Origin: Crassaminicella profunda
Lineage (GTDB): Bacteria > Bacillota > Clostridia > Peptostreptococcales > Thermotaleaceae
DNA length: 24,000 nucleotides
Reading direction: 5' to 3'
Assembly: GCF_019884785.1 (NCBI RefSeq)
Contig: NZ_CP082326.1
Span: forward strand, 465,355 to 489,354
The first letter of the stretch is position 1. Each line of letters begins with the position of its first letter. A model generated the notes under the pieces. It did not search any database. It was not told the origin of the DNA and saw nothing but the letters and a program-made list of their open reading frames with translations. Below, piece after piece: positions 8,153 through 14,873 of the stretch. The translations under genes were made by a program, and so were the position numbers.

Positions 8153-9229
8153 ATGAAATTAAGTGATTACACATTGAAATTAATGGAAGAAATTACTCAA
8201 GTTATTGGTGTTTCAGGAAATGAAAAATATATTTCTAAAGTATTGCAAAAGTACTATAAAGAATATACAAATGAGGTTGTTTTCGATAATTTAGGTTCGA
8301 TTTTTGCAGTAAGACGTTGTGGAAAAGACAATGCAAAAAAAGTTATGGTTTGTGGAAATATGGATGAGATTGGATTTATGGTCAATGGTATTACAGATAT
8401 GGGACTAATAAAAATTTTGCCATTAGGGACTATTTTCAACCAAACTATATTGGCACAAAGAGTTAGATTGATAAATAGTGAGGGAAAGGTATTTAAAGGA
8501 AGTGTAGTAACTATAAATCCTCAGGAAGACAAGCCTAGATCAGTAAAGATTAGTGAAATGTTAGTGGATATTGGTGCTACTAGTAAAGAAGAAATTGAGG
8601 AATTGGGGATAAAACTAGGGGACTCAATTGTTATAGAAGGACAATTTGAGGTATTGGCTACAGAAAAGAGAATACTTTCTAAAGCATGGGATAATCGCTA
8701 TAGTTGTATTATGGGTATTGAATTATTGGAAGCATTAAAAGATACGGATTTAGATGTGGATTTATATGTTGGATGTACAGTGCAAAATAAGGTAGGATTG
8801 AGAGGCTCTGAAACTGCGACTAAATTAGTCAAGCCAGACTTAGGTATTGTAATGGATTGTTTACAAGCAAATGATATAAAGGTCAATAAGGATGTAGTAG
8901 GTAAACTAGGAGAAGGGATATTGATTAATTATTATGATAAATCAATGATGCCTAATAGAGCGTTGTTGGGACATTTAGTTGACATTTGTAAATCAAATAA
9001 TATAAAGCATCAATATTATTATTCAATGGGAGAAAGTGATGCTAAATGGGTGCATAAATTATTAATAGGGTGTCCAACTTTAACAACTTGTATTTGTGCA
9101 AGAAATGTAAGTACAAATAGTTCAATTATCGATGTTTATGATTATATATCCGCAAAGAAAGCAATTGTAAAGGTTATTAAATCTTTAAATACAAAAAATA
9201 TTAATAAATTTAAAGAAGAAAATAGGTAA
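8153..9229 (+). CDS. M42-family (FrvX/PepA/YsdC-like) aminopeptidase paralog with degenerate metal-binding residues (likely non-catalytic)
   Basis: Aligns along its full length with the downstream paralog. It carries GNMDEIG (vs GHMDEVG), AWDNRYS (vs AWDDRIG), VQNKVGLRG (vs VQEEVGLRG) and ARNVSTN (vs RYMHSPR). Confidence 0.8.
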   Translation: MKLSDYTLKLMEEITQVIGVSGNEKYISKVLQKYYKEYTNEVVFDNLGSIFAVRRCGKDNAKKVMVCGNMDEIGFMVNGITDMGLIKILPLGTIFNQTILAQRVRLINSEGKVFKGSVVTINPQEDKPRSVKISEMLVDIGATSKEEIEELGIKLGDSIVIEGQFEVLATEKRILSKAWDNRYSCIMGIELLEALKDTDLDVDLYVGCTVQNKVGLRGSETATKLVKPDLGIVMDCLQANDIKVNKDVVGKLGEGILINYYDKSMMPNRALLGHLVDICKSNNIKHQYYYSMGESDAKWVHKLLIGCPTLTTCICARNVSTNSSIIDVYDYISAKKAIVKVIKSLNTKNINKFKEENR

Positions 9230-9261
9230 TATGTGTGACTGAAAGTATTGGAGGAGAATTT

Positions 9262-10341
9262 ATGGATAATATAGATTTACAAATGCTAAAGGAGTTAAGT
9301 GAGGCTGATGGAATATCAGGTTGCGAAAAAGAGGTCAGTAGAATTGTAAAAAAGCATTTTGACAATTATGCTGATGAAGTTTCATATGACAATTTAGGGT
9401 CAATTATTGGATTGAAAAAAGGTAAACAAAATGGTCTAAAAGTAATGATTGCAGGACATATGGATGAAGTAGGATTTATTGTAAGAGATATTGATGATAA
9501 GGGATATATAAAAATATTACCTGTAGGAAGATGGTGGGGGCATGTATTACCTTCACAAGAAATGACGATAACAACATCAATAGGTAAAAAGATAAATGGT
9601 ATAGTTGGAAGCCGTGCACCGCATGGAATGACAGCTTCTCAAAAGAAAAGTGTAATGGAACCAATGGATTTGTTCATAGATTTGGGTGTTGAAACAAGAA
9701 AAGAAGCAGAAAATTTAGGAATACAAATTGGAGACATGATCACACCTAATGCTAAATTCAAGGTTATGAATAACTCGAATTATTTAGCAGGAAAGGCCTG
9801 GGATGATAGAATAGGTGTTGCAGTAGCTATAGATGTATTAAAGGGACTTCAAAATGTTGAACATGATGCCAATATTTATGCAGTTGGTACTGTTCAAGAA
9901 GAAGTTGGATTGAGGGGCGCTAGAACAGCTACACAGGTTGTGAAACCAGATATTGCCTTTGCATTAGATGTGACAATGGCTAAGGATACACCACAGGACA
10001 AGGGAGGGTTAAATTTAGGATGTGGTGTGATACTTAGTATATTAGATGCTACAGCGTTAGCGCATAGAGGGCTGCTTAAGAATTTAGAAGAAATTTGTGA
10101 AGAACTACAATTAAATGTAAATTATGATTGTATGATAGCAGGCGGAACGGATGCAGGCAATATTCATAAAACATTTGATGGGGTTGTTACAATGGTACTT
10201 TCCATACCAACGCGATATATGCATTCACCTAGACTCATCATACATCGTAAAGATTATATTCAAACAGTGAAGACGATTGTAGAATTTTGTAAAAGAGCTG
10301 ACTTGCAATTATTGAATAAAATAAAAAGAATAGATAGATAA
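9262..10341 (+). CDS. M42-family aminopeptidase (canonical motifs intact)
   Basis: ATG at 9262 behind ggagga; the track start at 9235 (GTG) lacks an RBS. Motifs: HMDEVGF, WDDRIG, QEEVGLRGA, ALDVT, GGTDAG, YMHSP. Confidence 0.88.
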   Translation: MDNIDLQMLKELSEADGISGCEKEVSRIVKKHFDNYADEVSYDNLGSIIGLKKGKQNGLKVMIAGHMDEVGFIVRDIDDKGYIKILPVGRWWGHVLPSQEMTITTSIGKKINGIVGSRAPHGMTASQKKSVMEPMDLFIDLGVETRKEAENLGIQIGDMITPNAKFKVMNNSNYLAGKAWDDRIGVAVAIDVLKGLQNVEHDANIYAVGTVQEEVGLRGARTATQVVKPDIAFALDVTMAKDTPQDKGGLNLGCGVILSILDATALAHRGLLKNLEEICEELQLNVNYDCMIAGGTDAGNIHKTFDGVVTMVLSIPTRYMHSPRLIIHRKDYIQTVKTIVEFCKRADLQLLNKIKRIDR

Positions 10342-10376
10342 TTTCTAAATAAAAAATTCATAAGATTTTTTAGAAA

Positions 10377-10433
10377 ATTTCCTAATAAAAAGGAAAACAA
10401 TTATTAGAAGTTTAGTTTATTATTTTATATATT
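10377..10433 (+). promoter_or_regulatory. Conserved operator + promoter module, copy 3 (upstream of EIIA-2)
   Basis: TTTCC (10378-10382)-N9-GGAAA (10392-10396), TTAGAA at 10404-10409, 18-nt spacer, TATATT at 10428-10433. Confidence 0.55.
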
Positions 10434-10458
10434 AATAGATAGAAGAGAGTGGATTTGT

Positions 10459-10776
10459 ATGTACAATTTAGAAGAAATAGCATTTCAAATCATATCTTAT
10501 GCAGGAGATTCGTTGTCTAGTATGTTTCAAGCATTAAGTGTTGCAAAGGAAGGGGATTTTATAAAATCAAAAGAAATGATGAAAAAAGCGCAAGAACTAT
10601 TAAAAGAGGCACATAAAGCACAAAAGAATCTAATTGAACAAGAAGTACAAGGAAAAAAAACAGAATACTCTATACTGATGGTACATGCGCAAGATCACCT
10701 AATGAAGTGTATATTAGCAAAAAAATTGATAAATGAATTAATAGATATTTATAAAAAGGATAAGGGGGATAAATAA
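10459..10776 (+). CDS. PTS lactose/cellobiose-family EIIA component (copy 2)
   Basis: 105 aa, about three quarters identical to EIIA-1 by eye. Same MVHAQDHLM His site. Confidence 0.9.
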   Translation: MYNLEEIAFQIISYAGDSLSSMFQALSVAKEGDFIKSKEMMKKAQELLKEAHKAQKNLIEQEVQGKKTEYSILMVHAQDHLMKCILAKKLINELIDIYKKDKGDK

Positions 10777-11726
10777 TGGGTTTTGGAATGATAGCTACTT
10801 GGAGAATGGCTTTAGAGGGTGTAACATGTGCATCTGAGATGCTTAAAAATGGTTTAAAATCAGATGAGTGCATTGAAAAAGCGATTAGCATGGTTGAGGA
10901 TTATCCGTTTTATAAATCTGTAGGATATGGCGGGTTACCCAATGAAAATTGTGAAGTAGAGCTAGATTCAGCTTTCATGGATGGAAATACGTTGGCGATA
11001 GGTGCAGTAGCAGGAATAAAGAATTTTAAAAATCCAGTTTCAATTGCTAGAAAATTAAGTGAAGATCGATTCAATATTTTCCTAGTGGGTGCAGGTGCAG
11101 AAAAATTTGCTCATGAAAATGGATTTGAACGAAAAAACATGTTAACAGAGAGAGCAAAGAAAACATGGAAGAATAGATTAGAAGAGATTAAAGCGAAGAA
11201 TCTAAGTCCTTATGATGGCCATGATACAGTTGGGATGGTTTGTTTGGATAAATACAAGAACATGACTACAGCTACTTCAACAAGTGGGTTATTCATGAAG
11301 AAAAGAGGACGTGTAGGGGATTCACCTATTTCTGGTTCGGGTTTTTATGTAGATAGTAAAATAGGTGGTGCGTGTGCTACTGGATTAGGAGAAGATATAA
11401 TGAAAGGCTGTTTATCTTATGAAGTGGTAAGATTAATGGGTGAAGGAATACAGCCACAGCAAGCAGTTGAAAAGGTTATAAGTGAGTTTAGTAAAAAACT
11501 AATTGAAAGAAGAAAAAAAGCTGGAGCTATATCTATTGTATGTATGAATCATAAAGGCGAATGGGGAGTAGGAACAAACGTTGAATTTTCATTTGTTGTA
11601 GCAACAGAACGTGAAGATGCAAAAGTTTATGTTGCAAATCAACAGGGTGATAAGACAACCTATGAAGAAGCAACAAAGGAATGGATGGATGCTTATGAAG
11701 AAAGAATTAAAAGACCAATAGAGTAA
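10776..11726 (+). CDS. Cytoplasmic Ntn-hydrolase of the asparaginase-2 family, glycosylasparaginase (aspartylglucosaminidase)-type
   Basis: The ATG overlaps the EIIA-2 stop (TAATG). Autoprocessing/nucleophile motif GHDTVGMVCLD. Also ATW at the N-terminus, VEDYP..SVGYGGLP, KNPVSIAR, TSTSG....GRVGDSPISGSGFYVD, ATGLGEDIM. The protein begins directly at the conserved core, so there is no signal peptide. Confidence 0.8.
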   Translation: MGFGMIATWRMALEGVTCASEMLKNGLKSDECIEKAISMVEDYPFYKSVGYGGLPNENCEVELDSAFMDGNTLAIGAVAGIKNFKNPVSIARKLSEDRFNIFLVGAGAEKFAHENGFERKNMLTERAKKTWKNRLEEIKAKNLSPYDGHDTVGMVCLDKYKNMTTATSTSGLFMKKRGRVGDSPISGSGFYVDSKIGGACATGLGEDIMKGCLSYEVVRLMGEGIQPQQAVEKVISEFSKKLIERRKKAGAISIVCMNHKGEWGVGTNVEFSFVVATEREDAKVYVANQQGDKTTYEEATKEWMDAYEERIKRPIE

Positions 11727-11767
11727 AAAACAAATAAAGGGATCTGAAGTTGAAGAGGAGTGACAGT

Positions 11768-12079
11768 ATGAAAATTGCAGTAATTTGTTATGTAGGCATG
11801 ACTACAAGCTTATTGGTGAGCAAAATGAAAAAAGTTGCACAAGAAAGAGGTTTGGCTTTAGATATAGATGCATATGCTACAACAGAAATAGATGATGTAC
11901 TTGACGACACAGATGCAGTTTTACTAGGACCACAAGCAAGATGTGAATTAAATGAAATAAAAACAATTACAGATCCTAAGAATATACCAACGAGAGTAAT
12001 AGATAGTATGCTTTATGAAACGATGAATGCAAGTGCTATATTAGATATGGTGCAAGAGCTTGTACAAAATAAATACTGA
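11768..12079 (+). CDS. PTS lactose/cellobiose-family EIIB component (copy 2, divergent)
   Basis: ATG at 11768 behind gaggag. MKIAVICYVGMTTSLLVSKM retains the Cys. Only distantly similar to EIIB-1. Confidence 0.8.
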   Translation: MKIAVICYVGMTTSLLVSKMKKVAQERGLALDIDAYATTEIDDVLDDTDAVLLGPQARCELNEIKTITDPKNIPTRVIDSMLYETMNASAILDMVQELVQNKY

Positions 12080-12158
12080 TTCTAGGAATTCGTTCAAAAA
12101 CTCTTTGGCATTTTGCTTTAGGGTTTTTAGATTAATCAGCATAGATAAGAGGTGACGG

Positions 12159-12782
12159 ATGTATATGCGAGAAGCTTGTGTAGGATCTTTTGAAGAAGCA
12201 AAGAAAGCACAAGAATTAGGAGCTAATAGAATAGAACTATGTGATAATTTAAAAGAAGGTGGAACGACTCCGAGCTATGGAACGATTCTTATGGCAAAAA
12301 AATTTTTAGACATTCCTATAATGGTTATTATAAGACCTAAAGGCGGGAATTTTATATATTCAAAAGCAGAAATTGAAATAATGAAAATAGATATAAAGAT
12401 TTGTAAGGAATTAGGAGTAATGGGAGTGGTTTTCGGGATTTTAGATGAGCATAATTTAATAAATAAAGAGGTCACGAAGGAACTTGTAGATTTAGCAAAA
12501 CCACTTCATGTAACTTTTCATATGGCTTTTGATGAGATTGAGGACAAAAAAAGAGCTTTAGAGGAACTAGTTGAACTTAAAGTAGATACAATATTAACAA
12601 AAGGGTGCAAAACAAAAGCCTTTGATGGAAAAGAAACGATAAAAGAGTTGATTCATCTTAGTAAGGATAGAATAATCATACTTCCTGGTGGAGGGATTAC
12701 AAAAGAAAATTATCTTGAATTGATGCAATATACAAATGCAAAGGAAGTGCATGGAACAAAAATAGTGGGTCGGTTAAAATAG
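12159..12782 (+). CDS. cutC: CutC-family TIM-barrel protein
   Basis: REACVGSFEEAKKAQELGANRIELCDNLKEGGTTPSYG matches the CutC N-terminal signature (E.C....A..A...GA.RIELC..L..GG.TPS.G). Also TFHMAFD and LPGGGI. The start could alternatively be the ATG at 12165. Confidence 0.85.
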   Translation: MYMREACVGSFEEAKKAQELGANRIELCDNLKEGGTTPSYGTILMAKKFLDIPIMVIIRPKGGNFIYSKAEIEIMKIDIKICKELGVMGVVFGILDEHNLINKEVTKELVDLAKPLHVTFHMAFDEIEDKKRALEELVELKVDTILTKGCKTKAFDGKETIKELIHLSKDRIIILPGGGITKENYLELMQYTNAKEVHGTKIVGRLK

Positions 12783-12794
12783 GGAGGATATATC

Positions 12795-14717
12795 TTGATC
12801 AATATATCAAATAGACAAAAAGAGCTAATAAAATATATATGGAATAGAAGAAAGAGAATTACAGGAAAAGAATTAGCAGTTTTTTTCTCCGTTACCCCTA
12901 GAACTATTAGAACAGATATTAAAAATATAAATGCTAAGGAGAGAATCATTCATTCGAGTGGTAGGGGATATTTTATTTTAAAAGATCAAGACAAGACCAT
13001 AAAAAGTATATTAAATAATAAAAATGCCCCAGTACAACAATTTGAAAGAGTGAATTATATACTCAAGAAGTTGTTAATAGCAAAAAATAAATTGGATGTT
13101 TATGAAATAGCCGAAGAAATATACGTAAGCGAAGCAACACTAGAAAAAGATTTAAAGATGCTTTCGAATGTATTAAATGAAAAATATAAAAACCTAGGTA
13201 TCTGTAAAAAAGGGAGCAAATTTTATATTACAGGAGGAGAAAAGGATAAGCGACTTTTAATGAGTCAATTATTGTTTAAAGAATTAAAGGGCAATTTATT
13301 AAATTTATCTAATTTTCAAATTCATTTTAAATATGATCTGCCGAAGATAAAGCAAACAGTGCTTTCTATTTTAAGTAAAAATAAATTTCATGTAAGAGAT
13401 GTATCGATTAATAATCTTATTATTCACATTGCTATAACCATGGAAAGGATCGAAAAAGAAAATTTCTTAAAAAGTGGCATATCGGTCAATGAAGATAGTG
13501 AAGAATACAAAGTGGCTATAGATATATGCAATAGTATTAAAAATGAATTTAATATAGATTTCCCACAAAAAGAAGTGAAATACATAGGGTTTTTATTAAT
13601 AGGAAAGAAGGTGATAGAAAGTACTTTTAGTAGTAGATTAGAATTTTATAGAAATATACCAATAGAATATGTAAAGAGAATAGAAAGTATTGTAGAAGAT
13701 ACATGCAAAGAGTTTAGAATAAATTTTTTAGAAGATGAAGAATTAATCATAGGACTCACACTACATATGAAATTAATGCATGAAAGATTAGAAAAAAAAG
13801 CACTTAATAGAAAAAACATTTTAGAAGATTTAAAATTAGAATATCCTATAATATTTGAAATTGCTGTATTTGTATGCAAAAAATTTTATGAAACAATGGG
13901 ATTTGAAGCGGAAGAAATAGAAGAAGGGGAAGTAGCATTCATTGCATTACATTTTGGTGCATCTTATGAAAGAAGATTTAAAAAAAATAAACTTCTTAGA
14001 GTGGCACTTGTTTGTCCAACTGGATATATGACTTCGAATATCCTTTTAGAAAAGTTAAATAGGCTATATAAAAGAAGAATAGAAATAGAGGATGTATATT
14101 CTATAATGGATTTAGAAAGTATAGACAAAACTAAAGTAGATTATATATTTAGTACAGTTGAATTAGGGGCAGACATAGATATCCCAGTATTAGTAGTGTC
14201 AACTTTTTTATTAGATAAGGATTTTAAAAATATAGATAGGATAATAAAACATTTCGAGTTTAAAAATACTTTAGAAATAGAAAAATATTTTGATCCTAGG
14301 TTTTTTCATATAAAGAATACATTTAAAAACATGTTTGAAGCTATAAGTTTTATGACAGAAAAATTAGAAGTGAATAATATTGTTCCGGAAAATTACAAGG
14401 AATTAGTGATGGAAAGAGAATTAATTGCACCTACTTCCTTTGGAAATTTGGTAGCTTTACCTCATGCAGTAGAATTAAATGCTTATAAAACTGTATTTTC
14501 TGTAGTGATATTAAAAAAACCTATAAAATGGGGGAAGCATAATGTACAGTTAATATTTATGGGTGCTATAAAAAAAGGGGAAAGAAAAATGTTAAATAAG
14601 CTTATAAATCATATAACCCAAATATTAGAGGATCCTAAATCTATCAATCAATTAATAAAAATATCAAACTACAATGAATTTATAAAAAAAATAGGTAAGT
14701 TACCAAGCGAAGATTAA
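12795..14717 (+). CDS. PRD-containing transcriptional activator, LicR/MtlR/ManR type (wHTH-Mga HTH-PRD1-PRD2-EIIB-like-EIIA-like)
   Basis: TTG start behind gggagga. N-terminal wHTH (ITGKELAVFFSVTPRTIRTDI). PRD histidines at LIIHIAITMERI, LTLHMKLMHERL and FIALHFGAS. EIIB(Gat)-like VALVCPTGYMTS. EIIA(Mtl/Fru)-like LVALPHAVE. Confidence 0.85.
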   Translation: MINISNRQKELIKYIWNRRKRITGKELAVFFSVTPRTIRTDIKNINAKERIIHSSGRGYFILKDQDKTIKSILNNKNAPVQQFERVNYILKKLLIAKNKLDVYEIAEEIYVSEATLEKDLKMLSNVLNEKYKNLGICKKGSKFYITGGEKDKRLLMSQLLFKELKGNLLNLSNFQIHFKYDLPKIKQTVLSILSKNKFHVRDVSINNLIIHIAITMERIEKENFLKSGISVNEDSEEYKVAIDICNSIKNEFNIDFPQKEVKYIGFLLIGKKVIESTFSSRLEFYRNIPIEYVKRIESIVEDTCKEFRINFLEDEELIIGLTLHMKLMHERLEKKALNRKNILEDLKLEYPIIFEIAVFVCKKFYETMGFEAEEIEEGEVAFIALHFGASYERRFKKNKLLRVALVCPTGYMTSNILLEKLNRLYKRRIEIEDVYSIMDLESIDKTKVDYIFSTVELGADIDIPVLVVSTFLLDKDFKNIDRIIKHFEFKNTLEIEKYFDPRFFHIKNTFKNMFEAISFMTEKLEVNNIVPENYKELVMERELIAPTSFGNLVALPHAVELNAYKTVFSVVILKKPIKWGKHNVQLIFMGAIKKGERKMLNKLINHITQILEDPKSINQLIKISNYNEFIKKIGKLPSED

Positions 14718-14873
14718 AGATAAAAGTAAAGGAACTAGATTAAAAGTAAAGATCAACTATTAAATGATGTTTACCTTCAGATATTTTCTTATTGTAGTAA
14801 TGAAAAAGAAGCGGGTGAAGCCTTAGCAGATTTAGTGAATTTAAAATTGGATACGTAAAAGGGAGGTTGCAAA

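Noticed and set aside
10342-10376. AT-only inverted repeat (ttctaaataaaaaat...attttttagaa) after the second M42 gene as terminator
   Set aside because: The stem is almost entirely A-T with a bulge, so predicted stability is low. It may contribute to termination but cannot be supported from sequence alone.
12080-12158. Possible terminator between EIIB-2 and cutC (ctctttggcattttgctttagggttttt)
   Set aside because: The proposed stem has several mismatches and G-U pairs and is not convincing as a stable hairpin.
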